Below are positions 47,162 through 58,095 of a stretch of 64,000 nt of DNA, piece after piece. A program made the position numbers and the translations under genes. The stretch is taken from positions 6,736-70,735 of IMG/VR virus record IMGVR_UViG_2585427684_000001. One strand, written 5' to 3'. This stretch comes from a virus (lineage: Duplodnaviria; Caudoviricetes). The stretch's first letter is position 1; each line of letters opens with the position of its first letter. The notes beneath the pieces were generated by a model. The model made no database searches and had not been told where the DNA came from. It saw only the letters and a program-made list of their open reading frames with translations.

Positions 47162-47480
47162 TTAGGCCCTCTCGTCAGTTCTGGGCCAATTTTGGGCCAT
47201 TTCGACTCGGGGCGGCAGCTTCTCCAGCTCCCTCCAGTCCAAGGAGGAGCTGATCCATTTCGCGTAGGTAGAGAGCTACATCTCGACGCTGTAGCCGAGC
47301 TGGCTCGCGATGAACGCGGGGTTCATCCCAGACATCAGGCACATGGTTGCGTAGGTGTGGCGGGTGTCGTACTGACGGCGTTCACGGATGTTCAGCGCCT
47401 TCAGCGCCGATTTGAAGTGGCGGATTGTAACACTTGGCTCGTTGATCCACAGCCCACCTTTGCTAGGTTGGAACACGAAG
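47162..47480 (-). pseudogene. Tyrosine integrase C-terminal fragment
   Basis: RQYDTRHTYAT..AFIASQLGYSVEM*LSTYAKW (in-frame TAG). Confidence 0.85.
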
Positions 47481-47489
47481 GGACTGGTT

Positions 47490-47872
47490 GGTGCTGACCA
47501 GCACTTGGGCTTCGTTTCACTTGAAGATCAGGATTCCCTCAGGTTCCAGTACACGGAAACGCTCGGCAAAGTCTTGGGGGATATCCTCCCGCCATTCACT
47601 GGTGAGCACTCTGTACATTGCCCGCATCCAGCGAGCCACGTCGGCCCGGGTCAGATGCGGCGGATCGAACACGACCAAGCGCAAAGCGGCGTCCCCAAGG
47701 GCAGACTCCGAAAGTCCATCAGCACATCTGGCTCAACCTTCAGTATCCGGCTGTCGCATCGCTGGTGTTCGTCGTCGCGGATGTCGCCGAACAGGGCGCG
47801 CTGGTCTTCCTTGTCGAACCACATCATGCGGCGGGCACTGCATGTGTCGAGCGGTTCAACCGCTGCGCTCAT
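47490..47872 (-). pseudogene. Phage SAM-dependent methyltransferase pseudogene
   Basis: RMMWFDKEDQRALFGDIR..PDVLMDFRSLP, frameshift, VVFDPPHL..LIFK*NE. Confidence 0.82.
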
Positions 47873-48136
47873 CGCGGCCCCCTGCAAATCAGGTAGGCCA
47901 TGTACATCAGGGCTAGGGTCATAGAAGGTGTCCTCCGGCATACCGCAGGGCGTCACGATCTTGTCGAAGCTAATCGCGCGCTTTGATCAGGCCTTGATTG
48001 CGGTTGAAATGTTGCGGTGCTCCAACTCGAGGGTAATGGCAACGCATATAATGCGTCAGGATCACCTCGCCCGGCTTCTGGCCGAGCCAAACCCGCCTGG
48101 AACGGCATCACGCCGGCCGGGCTATGACTCAGGGAA

Positions 48137-48616
48137 ATGAGACCAATGAAGACCGTTATCAAGGCCGGTATCGCTGGCGCGGTGCTGGCAGTAGTGGGCG
48201 CAGCCCACGCCGAGCTGCACGGGGAAGAAGCAGAGATTGCAGCACGGGATGCAGCGGTGCGTCAGTACGCGGCGAAGCTTGAGGCCGATTGGCAGCAGTG
48301 CTTGAGAAAGCCGGAGACCAAAACCACCCAGGATTCAGCTCATTGCGCATATGAAATGCGGGAGGCGGCCAAGGACGCGGTGGAAGAGAAGTACCAGAAG
48401 GCCCTGGCCACCGCAAAGGTGTATGTCGATGAAGGCTCGCTCCCGAAAAATGTACCGGCCATGATGCCCCAGGCGCAGGCAGCGTGGGAGAAGTTCGTAG
48501 AGGCAGATTGCGACGTGGTAGGTGCTCTCGTCACTGGGACCGCGAGTTCTACCTATCAGATAGTGTGCGAGTACAAGCACCAGATACAACGTCTCCACGA
48601 CTTGGACGAATGGTGA
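48137..48616 (+). CDS. Lysozyme inhibitor LprI (DUF1311)-like secreted protein
   Basis: Signal peptide; C..TTQDSAHC..AQAAWEKFVEADC..C. Confidence 0.8.
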   Translation: MRPMKTVIKAGIAGAVLAVVGAAHAELHGEEAEIAARDAAVRQYAAKLEADWQQCLRKPETKTTQDSAHCAYEMREAAKDAVEEKYQKALATAKVYVDEGSLPKNVPAMMPQAQAAWEKFVEADCDVVGALVTGTASSTYQIVCEYKHQIQRLHDLDEW

Positions 48617-48994
48617 TTTTGATGGTGTTTGATAGGCGCAGGTCGTCGTAGTCGGGGCAGTCGCTCGATTTCGAAGCTTCGATGATTTCTCCCAAGGATC
48701 TCATGGCTTGACTCCAGCGGCCAGGGCCTCAGCCTCCAGTGAGGCGTACGCCACGCCATCCAACGCGCTGCCTCGTGGTATTTGGCGGGGTTCTGCCACT
48801 GGCCCACGTCCTTGACGATCTGCCTCAGCAGCCAGCCTTCTGCTTCGATCCGGTCGGTCATGTCTAGCCCCAGTAGCCAAGGTCTTCGTCAATAGCATCA
48901 TGCGGATGCCAGGCGCCGAACGTCTTATGCAGAGAGTCGGCCATCTTCCAACTAGCCCACCCTATGACAGCCTTCAAGAAATCTCGAATTTTCC

Positions 48995-49288
48995 TCACAA
49001 CTCATACCTCTCATCAATCCAGCGCCCAGGCGCCAGAGCAGGTGGAGGTTCGGGTTGGGTTTCGTGCTGGGAGAGCTGGCGCTGATTGCTGGCCTGCGGC
49101 TGGCTGTCGGAAATGCAGCTGATGCCGCCGAAGTGTCCGCCGTAGAATACGTAGTAGGTAACGCCGCGCTCCTCGTCGTGCACACAATTGCCGCCCCTGT
49201 CGATGTTCCCGAATGCCTCGACATGAAAGGTTTGCCCGGCGCTTGCGCCTGTGGCCAACAGCAGGAGGCAGGAGGCGAGGCGGGTCAT
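48995..49288 (-). CDS. Paralog of the 21-287 protein
   Basis: GGISCI..QLS.HETQPEP.PALAPGRWIDERYEL shared. Confidence 0.7.
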   Translation of the reverse strand: MTRLASCLLLLATGASAGQTFHVEAFGNIDRGGNCVHDEERGVTYYVFYGGHFGGISCISDSQPQASNQRQLSQHETQPEPPPALAPGRWIDERYEL

Positions 49289-49462
49289 TCGCTCACCTCA
49301 TCAACGGGCACCACCGTGCCGCCGTTTGTGCGCTGGGCCTACGGATTTCTTGGCCGCCATATCTCGGCACTGATGCGTAAATACACCATTAAAAATGCGT
49401 CAGGCATATATACTAGCCGGACAAGTAATTAAGATAATTCAAATTTCAAGAGAGATAGCCAC

Positions 49463-49963
49463 GTGCGCAAAACACACCTAAGCCTGATCGTAGGCGTTGC
49501 TGCCACACTTCTGATTCACGGCGCCCTGAAGAGAAAAGAGGAAAATTACGGGGGATCTTGCGATTCAATTGATGATGGAAGGTACGTGCCTGAGGTAACT
49601 GGCAAGGCAGCGGCATCATTGTTTGAGGTTAGGCGACGCCTATACGCAGCTGCAATCGCGGTGTTTATTTCATTCGCTTGGAGTATCGCGTGGTGGTTTG
49701 AGGGAGACGCTGCGCAATTTTCACGGTCGGGATCTGTTATAACTGTATTTGCCCTTCTTGGCGAATCGCTTTTGGGCGAGGGTGTGAGCAGACTCAACAG
49801 GCAGATGCGAAGATCGCATGGCAGTTACTACACATTGTGGCGCGCTGTTTGCGCCATCGCGGCAGTCTTGGGAACGCTGGTCTGGGGTTACGGTGATCTG
49901 TTACATGCCAACCTGATGCCGGAGCCTGTGCCTCAGCCTCAAATTTGCATGCAAACCAATTGA
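49463..49963 (+). CDS. Membrane hypothetical protein (moron-like)
   Basis: FSRSGSVITVFALL, 3-4 TM segments, AT-rich upstream region. Confidence 0.6.
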   Translation: MRKTHLSLIVGVAATLLIHGALKRKEENYGGSCDSIDDGRYVPEVTGKAAASLFEVRRRLYAAAIAVFISFAWSIAWWFEGDAAQFSRSGSVITVFALLGESLLGEGVSRLNRQMRRSHGSYYTLWRAVCAIAAVLGTLVWGYGDLLHANLMPEPVPQPQICMQTN

Positions 49964-50119
49964 AGCAGAGGCTTCTCTAAGCTGGCTGTTCGCTGGGCAC
50001 GAGGGGGAACCGAGCCGCTAGTATGGTTTTATGTGGGGCGGGTCAGGCTTTATCGACATAGCGCAGCAGTGAATAGAGAGAAAGGGGGTATAGCGGAGCG
50101 TAGTACATTTGTACTCCTA

Positions 50120-50548
50120 TTAGGCTTTCAGCGTATTACCTGCCTTCGCCAGCTCGGCTGTTACACGCTGACGCCAATCCGCGCCGTGCCTAAGGGAGTG
50201 CCCGAGAGGCCAGTGAATCACGACGGCCTGCTTGACTTCGGCATTGGGTGCGATCGTGAGCCCCATGATACGTTGAGCCTTGGCGATGTGGTGGCAAGTA
50301 AGGTTCGGGCGTCCGAGGATTTCGCGAAGGTCGCTGCTGAGCGCTGGAATGATTGTGGTGTTCCAGTCAGCTAGCTTGGTGTGCAGTTCCAAATTCTCGG
50401 CCCGAATACATCTACCCTGGATGTCAGCGTCATCGTGGATCGTCAATGCCAGCTGCAGCTCTGCGATTTCCAGCAGCTGATTGATGTCGGCGCTATCGAC
50501 ATAGGTCCAGCCCAACAATCGGCAGCCCAGCCTGCCTAACTCGCTCAA
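50120..50548 (-). pseudogene. Degenerate phage early protein
   Basis: ILGRPNLTCHHIAK..VIHW..HGADW; no clear start or RBS. Confidence 0.5.
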
Positions 50549-51031
50549 GGTTATCTATACCTCAAGGTATGGTGTTTCCTAGCATGACTAGATCACAAAG
50601 TGTTGCGTACTTGGCTGAGCTGAAAAGACCACCATTGGAGTCGATGAACTTTAGTGATGGTGAGGTCTATCGGTGATCTGCCTGGAAAAATGATACTGAT
50701 AGTTTCCCCAGTTGCGTTTATATTTACGGTGTTGCAATTAGGTCAGATATCTTGGGTCGAATTTGGTCGAAGACTTCGATCGGTGAAGCACTTTTGAGTA
50801 CGCAGAAGCTTACGTAAAAGGAATGTGCCTGCAGCGAAGTAAAGAGGATATGGAGGCTAGTTATAATTAAACCCACATGGAGGCGTTTTCACCTCCTTCA
50901 AAGAATTCGGTTGGACATGGAAGCGTTCATGTTTTGAGTACGGCAGGTGGTGGCTACTGGCTCAGCGCCATGCTTTGCGGCGATTGGCGATTTTTGATGT
51001 AATGCCCGACCATCTCACAGGAAGGAACCTT

Positions 51032-51199
51032 ATGAAGCACACCATGATTGGCGCAATTCTCGTCGCCGTTACTGCGCTGTTGCTGAGCGGCTGCTTTGGC
51101 TCAACAGAAGAGCAAAAAGCAAAGGCGCAGCAGGAATCCAGCGACAGGCTATGGGACATCCCACCTCCGAAGACACCAGATAAGGGTTTCAAGCCCTGA
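51032..51199 (+). CDS. Small lipoprotein moron (family A, copy 2)
   Basis: Lipobox LSGC; EQKAKAQQESSD.LWDIP shared with 2393-2563. Confidence 0.8.
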   Translation: MKHTMIGAILVAVTALLLSGCFGSTEEQKAKAQQESSDRLWDIPPPKTPDKGFKP

Positions 51200-51351
51200 T
51201 GGGGAATTTCTAACGCCGCCTATCCCTAGGCGGCGTTTTTCGTTTGGGTGCTGGCGGGCAGCGCCGCAGGGTTAGGCGGCAGCGCGAACTACGAAGCTCA
51301 GGATGGCAGTGGCGTCGTCGTTGAAACACTCGGCCAGGTTTTGATACGTCC

Positions 51352-51495
51352 GATCCTTCGAGTTTTTCCAGCTTGCTCCAGTCGGAGCTTGGGTTGAGCC
51401 AACGGCATAGGTCGATATCAGCATGTAAACGCTGTGACCCAGCTGTTGGGCTATGAATGCGGGACTTAGAACAGAGGCAGTCGGCGTATGGCCTG
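51352..51495 (-). pseudogene. Second integrase C-terminal fragment
   Basis: PAFIAQQLGHSVYMLISTY, frameshift, RWLNPSSDWSKLEKL. Confidence 0.75.
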
Positions 51496-51987
51496 GCGAA
51501 CTGGATAGCACGTAAAGCCTGGTCGTTCAGCAGCACACAAGTCCCTTTCTGTCTTCGTTCCTTCCTCTATCTTGCTTAGGGCGACTCTCCTTATGACTTG
51601 CTGCATCCTCTTCTGCAGATTGATCACATCCCATCGGCTGGCATGACGTCTATCGGTACATTAGCTACGTCTTTAATCTTACTGCGCTGCGAGAGGGCGA
51701 GAGTCGCAAAGAATGCGCCATCTGACTGAAGTGCAGCGCACACGCCGACCTCGTGGGAAGTCATTGCGCGTTGCTCGCTCAAGTTGATCCTCCTTGAGCA
51801 TCCAAGCCCAAGTCCATGGGCTTTCCAGCAACGGACCGGGGCGGGTCGTTGGGAGACAACGCTACGACGGCATGAGGCCGTACGGTTACGGGTGGTGCGT
51901 CCAGGGGGATAGGTGGTCATCCTTGGAAGTCTGTGCAGGATTGCCTTAGAGTTTGCGCTTTACTCAAGCCTTCAAAGGAATGACTCC

Positions 51988-52293
51988 ATGGTCACCTGCC
52001 ATGTTCGTTATGTGATTGATCCCTACCAGCTTCCCGCTTTTGAGGCGTATTCCCGTCACTGGATCGCTCTGGTCGAGCGCATGGGAGGCCAGCACCATGG
52101 CTATTTCCTGCCTTCTGAGGGGGCGAGCAATGTCGCCTATTGCCTGTTCAGCTTCGAGAGCCTTGCTGCCTATGAGCAGTATCGACAGCAGGCGGCAGGC
52201 GATTCGGCATGTATGGAATTGGTCAAGGAGGCCAGCGATAGGAAATTCATTCTGAGTTACGAGCGAAGCTTCTTGCGCCCAGTGTTCGAGTAG
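51988..52293 (+). CDS. NIPSNAP family protein
   Basis: TCHVRYVIDP..HHGYFLPSEGA..AYCLFSFESLAAYEQYR. Confidence 0.88.
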   Translation: MVTCHVRYVIDPYQLPAFEAYSRHWIALVERMGGQHHGYFLPSEGASNVAYCLFSFESLAAYEQYRQQAAGDSACMELVKEASDRKFILSYERSFLRPVFE

Positions 52294-52399
52294 TAAGCAG
52301 ATTTCCTTGTATCAGCCCAGCTCTGTTCTGGGCTTTTCGCATCTGGGCTGGGCCACGCCGCCTTGTGGTGGATTCCCGGCATCATCAAGGAGGGATCAA

Positions 52400-52750
52400 A
52401 TTCGAATCTTGATCGGGGCAATGGGTTTGGCTTTGCTAGCGGGATGCATGGCTCCAACCATGAATGAAGCTCGTCAGGCTGGTCCCTATAAAGTTCTGAG
52501 ATCGACCAAAACTGACGCCGCGCTGGCGAAGTGTGTCCAGTACGAATGGCAAAATCAGCCGATTTTTGGTGGAACACCTGGCGCCACTCTTCAAGCAGGC
52601 CGCGATGTCGGCTATACCGTCTTCACGCAAGTATCAGAGTATTTCGTAGACATCCAGCCAGCACCGAGTGGGTCTGAAGCAAAGTACTACGTGGTGCTGG
52701 GGAACTGGATCGCAAAAAAGCGCCTGTCAGCATTGCAAGGCTGTCTGTAG
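52400..52750 (+). CDS. Lipoprotein (family C, copy 1); ATT start or lost start codon
   Basis: RBS GGAGGG then ATT-CGA-ATC; lipobox LAGC; AKCVQYEWQ. Confidence 0.7.
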   Translation: MRILIGAMGLALLAGCMAPTMNEARQAGPYKVLRSTKTDAALAKCVQYEWQNQPIFGGTPGATLQAGRDVGYTVFTQVSEYFVDIQPAPSGSEAKYYVVLGNWIAKKRLSALQGCL

Positions 52751-52812
52751 CGGTTCCGTCGAGCGCGCAGATGCCGGGCTGATACGGTCTCGACTTTCAG
52801 GAGATAGAAAAT

Positions 52813-53169
52813 ATGCGAAACATCATAGTCGGGTCGGGCTTGGCATTGCTGGCGGGGTGTGCGAGCGTTGGCGACACCCGAAGCAATCCGCCACTGCTGG
52901 ACTTGAAGTCGTCAAGGCCACCCCAGCAGGTTGCCGAGTGCATCCGAGATGCCTGGCAGAACACCACGGTGCTGGGGGTAAGTGTCGGCGGTATCTTGCA
53001 GACATCTGGCGACCGCTACGCTGTCTTGGCGCCTGACGCGCAGACGCCTATCCATTTGGTCGATGTGGCATCAGCACCAAGTGGTTCGACTGTCCGTTAT
53101 CACTTCTATCGCACCTGGCAGTCACCGCTGGAGCGCGTGACAGATGCGGTCAGGTCATGCGCCGGTTGA
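52813..53169 (+). CDS. Lipoprotein (family C, copy 2)
   Basis: Lipobox LAGC; SSRPPQQVAECIRDAWQ; terminal Cys. Confidence 0.82.
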   Translation: MRNIIVGSGLALLAGCASVGDTRSNPPLLDLKSSRPPQQVAECIRDAWQNTTVLGVSVGGILQTSGDRYAVLAPDAQTPIHLVDVASAPSGSTVRYHFYRTWQSPLERVTDAVRSCAG

Positions 53170-53370
53170 CCTATCCGGGGTGGATAGCTTTTCAATGGTC
53201 GCTGACTGCTACCGAGCGCGTGGTGGCCACGCTCAAGGCCACGGTGCCCGCCACTGAGGAGTACAGCATCAATGAATGCTGTGGCGTGCTGCATTCCTTA
53301 ACCTGAGAACACATAATGCAGCACAGAGGACGCACGACAGGGTGCGGCTCAAGGCACGAAAGGACGGCCA

Positions 53371-53559
53371 ATGACCGAGAAGGAGGAGCTGGAGCTTGAG
53401 AAGCTCCAAGCTGAAATTCACAAGCTCACCGCCGAGGCGCGAAAATTGATCGCCGAGGCCAACAAAATGAAGCGCGAGACGCTGTTTTACCCCTTTGTCG
53501 CGGTGGGAGGGCTAGTCACCGTCATCGTTACCGCTGCGGCCTTCATTCAAAAGCTCTAG
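53371..53559 (+). CDS. Small coiled-coil protein with C-terminal TM
   Basis: 62 aa. Confidence 0.65.
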   Translation: MTEKEELELEKLQAEIHKLTAEARKLIAEANKMKRETLFYPFVAVGGLVTVIVTAAAFIQKL

Positions 53560-53679
53560 CCTGCCGTCCTGAGAAACAGGCTTGCGCCGAGTGGTCTTGA
53601 GCTTTACGCCAATTCGGCCGACACTATCGCCATAGGGTCTAGCAACAGGCGTGACCTGGCATCACAAGCGAGGACGACC

Positions 53680-53847
53680 ATGAGCCATGATCAAGTTATC
53701 AAGCAGATGAAAGAGAACCTGGCACAGCTGGGCAGTGAGGTCCGCGAGGGCACGCAGCACCAAGCGCGCAGCATCTTTCTGTCGGCTGCTGCGGGCGCAG
53801 TCTTTGCTTTGGCGACGAGCTGGGTAGCGTTCAAGCTCTTTTCCTGA
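53680..53847 (+). CDS. Small protein with C-terminal TM (55 aa)
   Basis: RBS GAGG; MSHDQVIKQMKENL..SWVAFKLFS. Confidence 0.5.
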   Translation: MSHDQVIKQMKENLAQLGSEVREGTQHQARSIFLSAAAGAVFALATSWVAFKLFS

Positions 53848-53953
53848 TCGGTCGGGGCCGTTACCGGCAAGCCCCACCCGATAGCCTGCTTGGTTTTCTC
53901 GAGAGCACCCAGGCCTGTCTGGATCGCGCTTCATTCTGCTCCTGTAAACTCTG

Positions 53954-54331
53954 CTAGAGTCGCTCCGATATCTCTATCAAGTTGAGATCCGGGTCGCGCA
54001 CATAAACGGATCGGATAGGTCCCGTGGCGCCGGTGCGTTGAACGGGGCCCTCGATAATTGGCCACTGCTGTGCTTCTAGATGGGCCACGACTTTCTCAAG
54101 GCTGATCGAGGCGATGAAGCAGAGGTCCAACGCGCCTGAGACTGGCAAGTGAGCCTTGGGTTCGAATTCGTGGCCACGCACGTGTACGTTGATCTTTTGC
54201 TCACCGAAGCGCAAAGCCAAGCGCCCGGCACCGAAAATTTCCAGGTTCATGCCCATGACGCGGGTATAGAAATCCTTGCATGCCTCGACATCGATGGTTG
54301 TCAAAACGAGGTGATCCAGATGGTTGATCAT
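53954..54331 (-). CDS. VOC/glyoxalase family protein
   Basis: LDHLVLT..FYTRVMG..SVYVRDPDLNLIEIS. Confidence 0.92.
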   Translation of the reverse strand: MINHLDHLVLTTIDVEACKDFYTRVMGMNLEIFGAGRLALRFGEQKINVHVRGHEFEPKAHLPVSGALDLCFIASISLEKVVAHLEAQQWPIIEGPVQRTGATGPIRSVYVRDPDLNLIEISERL

Positions 54332-54420
54332 TTCACTGCCTCCCTGGGTGAGCAGTTGGTTTTCGATGAAGGTTTCGTAATGGTCAATGAGCGGACCAGT
54401 AGCACCCCACGGCTGCAGTG

Positions 54421-54858
54421 CTAGCCGGGCAAGCTCAGGTGCAGCAAGGGGAACGGGCGGCCCTCACCATCGAGAGGGGAGCGGCCTGTTTGGATAAAAC
54501 CATAATGCAGATAGAACCCGACCGCTTTCGGATTCTGCTCATTCACATCAACGCTAATTTGGCCGCGTGAACTCCGGGCGTGATCCAGTAGCGCGCGGCC
54601 GATGCCTTCACCTCGCCGACTGGGTTCGATAAACAGCATTTCTACGTGGCTTACGTTAAGCCCGATGAACCCAAGCGGGCCGTTTACGGCATCCTCTGCC
54701 ATCCATAATTCGACAGCCGGCGGGTAGCTATCGCGCAGTTGAGCAAACAACGCCTCGATATCGGCTTCCTGTAGGAAATGGTGAGTGGCACGAACGGCGC
54801 GCAGCCAAAGGTCGAGCAACTGCGGATGGTCGGTATTAGTAGCCTGGCGAATGATCAT
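54421..54858 (-). CDS. GNAT acetyltransferase (YjaB-like)
   Basis: EMLFIEP..RGEGIGRALL..VNEQNPKAVGFY. Confidence 0.92.
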   Translation of the reverse strand: MIIRQATNTDHPQLLDLWLRAVRATHHFLQEADIEALFAQLRDSYPPAVELWMAEDAVNGPLGFIGLNVSHVEMLFIEPSRRGEGIGRALLDHARSSRGQISVDVNEQNPKAVGFYLHYGFIQTGRSPLDGEGRPFPLLHLSLPG

Positions 54859-55028
54859 GGCATCATCCTTAACGGGTGATAGCGGAAAAAGAGGGGTGGC
54901 AGGGAAGATAGCGAGTCTAAGCGTGGCACATCGGTAGGGTGGCCGAACGAGCAGCGCCTGGAGCGTGGTTTTGACGAGGCCAATTGTAACGTATGGCTCA
55001 TCCACTGTATTTGACCTGACGTGACCTG

Positions 55029-55445
55029 ATGAAAAATTATCGATATCTGCTCATGGCCACTGTCGTGCTTTCGAGCTGCACTGCGCAACCTGTACGGCCG
55101 GTTATGGGTGAGGCTCAGTACAAGGGTTTTGCGCTGTCATCCATTACAGGTGAGCAGTGCGCGCTCACTGGGATGCTGGATGTCGACCTGGCCGCCGCCA
55201 ATAGTGTGATGCTCGAGGCGCGAGCTGCGGCGTTCGAGTATGACCCAGCAAGGATGGAAATTGAGCGTCGGCAAGCCGCTATCGACCTGCAGCGTGGGCA
55301 TGGCGTGACTGAGCCTGTCTGTCATGCGCTTGCTTATGAGGTATTGAGAGCGCTGGCGGTGCGCAGGATCGAAGATCAGTCAGCGCTGCAGCACAAGCGC
55401 ATGACCTTGCAGGCAATGAAGCAGGCGCGCGGTGTTCTTCCCTGA
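55029..55445 (+). CDS. Putative lipoprotein
   Basis: Lipobox LSSC. Confidence 0.6.
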   Translation: MKNYRYLLMATVVLSSCTAQPVRPVMGEAQYKGFALSSITGEQCALTGMLDVDLAAANSVMLEARAAAFEYDPARMEIERRQAAIDLQRGHGVTEPVCHALAYEVLRALAVRRIEDQSALQHKRMTLQAMKQARGVLP

Positions 55446-55857
55446 CCTACTGATAACCGGGACATAGTAGCTGATGGCCGCAATTTTCCGGCACACGTCA
55501 ATTCATGCGGATACAAGGCGCGGTGAATCAGAACGACGACAGAGACTGCGATCGTTTGAGTGCAGCACAGGTGGTGATAAACGTGCAGGCCATGCTTAGG
55601 CGGTTTCAGAGATGGTTTACACCAGCGCGCAAACGATGGGCGGGGGGGGCATTGATCGTTATCGCGTTGGTGGGTATGGCAATGAATCCCGCGAGCAGGT
55701 GGCCTTGGGTGTTGGCGACAGGCGTGATATGGCTGCTCGCGGCCTGGTTACCCAGAAGATGACAGATCGTTAGTCGCAACTGCTGGTGCTCGATCCGCTG
55801 TCGCTAGCGTGGCTGTCCCCGATAGGGCGCTATTGCTGACGTGATGGCAGTCGTAGT

Positions 55858-56370
55858 GTAACCGTCCGGCAACCACATCTTCCCCACACGACTGCTGAAG
55901 GCCATGGAGCCCCCTAAGTTTGAGTGGACACCATTTCTGGTCCATCAAGCGGATTTCCTATGCAGCCTCGTTTTCTGGGCTCGTGGAATGGCTAGTTGGT
56001 CTGCGATGACTTTGCAGGTTACAACGCCAGCTTCGTACAGGGCTTGTTCGACATTGGCTGTATGGCCCATGTCCGTCGCAAATTCTTTGACCTGTTCGCT
56101 TCGAATGTGCCCATCCATAACAATCAGGGGGGAAATCAGATTCGCCCATGGGCCCTCGGTCATTCGAACTGGCTCCTTGCCAGGTCGTTACGCAGCGGTA
56201 AACGGGCAGCGGCGATCATGAGCCTGATCCAGTCAGCACGGCTGAATGGACATGATCCATACGCCTACCTGAAAGACGTCCCTAGTCGTCTGCCAACCCA
56301 AAGGGTAAGCGAGTTTCCTGATCTGCTTGCGCATACGTGGGCGCCTGAAGCGAGATGAGCCGCTTCCAAT
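55858..56370 (+). mobile_element. IS66-family remnant (internally deleted)
   Basis: Left end GTAACCGTCC; TnpC fragments CDDFAGY..GCMAHVRRKF and SLIQSARLNGHDPYAYL. Confidence 0.8.
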
Positions 56371-56426
56371 TGCGGCTACATATCTGTAAATTCGCATATG
56401 CGTAGAATCGAATATAAAGGTTGGTC

Positions 56427-56777
56427 ATGCCCATTCAGCCGCCTATTTTCTTTAAATGCCTTGGTGACGAAACCCGCGCCCGGATCATGCTCATGCTCGC
56501 AGCTGAGGGTGAGCTGTGCGTCTGTGAACTGATTTGGGCACTCGACGACAGCCAGCCGAAGATCTCACGCCACCTGGCTCAGCTTCGTACCTGCGGGCTG
56601 CTGGAGGACCGTCGGCAGGGCCAATGGGTTTACTACCGTCTTCATCCGGAACTGCCTCTATGGGCACTGGATGTACTTCAGGCGACGCTCGAGGCTAACC
56701 GCACTTGGCTCGGTGATGACCAAGGTCGCCTTGCTTCCATGGAAGGTCGCCCGGTACGCCAGGTTTCCTGTTGCTAA
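56427..56777 (+). CDS. arsR: Arsenic-responsive repressor
   Basis: [20 protein letters not shown]; terminal CC. Confidence 0.95.
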   Translation: MPIQPPIFFKCLGDETRARIMLMLAAEGELCVCELIWALDDSQPKISRHLAQLRTCGLLEDRRQGQWVYYRLHPELPLWALDVLQATLEANRTWLGDDQGRLASMEGRPVRQVSCC

Positions 56778-56796
56778 GTGTTATTGGAGACCCGAG

Positions 56797-58086
56797 ATGT
56801 TGCTGGCAGTGTCTATTTTTCTGGTAACGCTGGTACTGGTGATCTGGCAACCCCGAGGGCTTGGCGTGGGTTGGAGTGCGTCTGCCGGAGCGGTGGTCGC
56901 GTTGCTAACTGGCGTTGTTGCGCTCAGTGATATCCCGGTGGTCTGGCACATTGTGTGGAACGCAACGGCGACGTTCATTGCGGTGATCATCATCAGCCTC
57001 CTGCTGGATGAGGCAGGCTTTTTCGAGTGGGTAGCGCTTCATGTGGCTCGTTGGGGGAGAGGCAGCGGGGCACGCCTGTTTGCACTAATGGTACTCTTGG
57101 GTGCAGCTGTCTCGGCCCTGTTTGCTAATGATGGCGCAGCATTGATTCTGACCCCCATTGTCATCGCAATGCTTACGGCGCTGCGCTTTAGCCCGGCAGC
57201 AACCTTGGCTTTCGTGATGGCTGCCGGCTTCATTGCCGACACTGCCAGCTTGCCGCTGGTTGTCTCGAACCTTGTGAACATCGTCTCTGCCGATTTTTTC
57301 GACATCGGATTTGGTCAGTACGCCTCGATTATGTGGCCGGTGAATCTGGCCAGTGTCGGGGCGACGCTAGGCATGCTTTGGTTGTTTTATCGAAAAGAGG
57401 TACCGCTGGCGTACTCACCCGAAGAACTACCGCGACCAGAAGAGGCCATCAAGGATCGCCATACGTTCATTGCTGGCTGGTGGGTGTTGCTGCATCTGCT
57501 AGTCGGTTTGTTCGCCCTTGAGCCCCTAGGCATACCGATCAGTGCTGTCGCCGCTGTATGCGCACTGGTGTTGCTGATAATTGCCGCGAAAGGGCATGTG
57601 ATCTCGACCCGCAAAGTCATGCTCAACGCACCCTGGCAGGTCGTATTGTTTTCACTTGGCATGTATCTGGTGATCTACGGCCTGAAGAATGCAGGGCTGA
57701 CAGAAGGACTCGGCTCATTGTTCGGCACCTTCGCCGATCATGGTCTGTGGGTTGCGACACTCGGCACCGGTTTCACGGCTGCGCTGCTGTCATCTGTCAT
57801 GAACAACATGCCCAGCGTGCTGATTGGTGCCTTGTCGATTCAGGACAGTGGCGCGACGGGGCTCGCCCACGAAGCCATGGTGTACGCCAACATCATCGGC
57901 TGCGACCTTGGCCCCAAGATAACCCCCATCGGTAGTCTGGCGACGCTGCTGTGGCTGCATGTCCTGGCTCAGAAAAACATCCGCATCACTTGGGGTTACT
58001 ACTTCAAGGTTGGCTGCGTAATCACTTTCCCCATTCTGCTGCTGACACTGGCAGCGCTTGCCGTGCGCTTGAGCATCAGCACGTAG
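56797..58086 (+). CDS. arsB: Arsenite efflux pump
   Basis: 429 aa; [31 protein letters not shown]. Confidence 0.97.
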   Translation: MLLAVSIFLVTLVLVIWQPRGLGVGWSASAGAVVALLTGVVALSDIPVVWHIVWNATATFIAVIIISLLLDEAGFFEWVALHVARWGRGSGARLFALMVLLGAAVSALFANDGAALILTPIVIAMLTALRFSPAATLAFVMAAGFIADTASLPLVVSNLVNIVSADFFDIGFGQYASIMWPVNLASVGATLGMLWLFYRKEVPLAYSPEELPRPEEAIKDRHTFIAGWWVLLHLLVGLFALEPLGIPISAVAAVCALVLLIIAAKGHVISTRKVMLNAPWQVVLFSLGMYLVIYGLKNAGLTEGLGSLFGTFADHGLWVATLGTGFTAALLSSVMNNMPSVLIGALSIQDSGATGLAHEAMVYANIIGCDLGPKITPIGSLATLLWLHVLAQKNIRITWGYYFKVGCVITFPILLLTLAALAVRLSIST

Positions 58087-58095
58087 GAGTAACTT

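Larger units (their letters stand above)
47100..51520. mobile_element. Decayed second prophage/early-arm remnant
   Basis: Two integrase C-terminal fragments, a broken methylase, and paralogs of genes at 21-287 and 2393-2563. Confidence 0.75.

Noticed and set aside
56300-56370. Right inverted repeat of the IS66 remnant
   Set aside because: Only a weak match to the left end; the boundary is not called precisely
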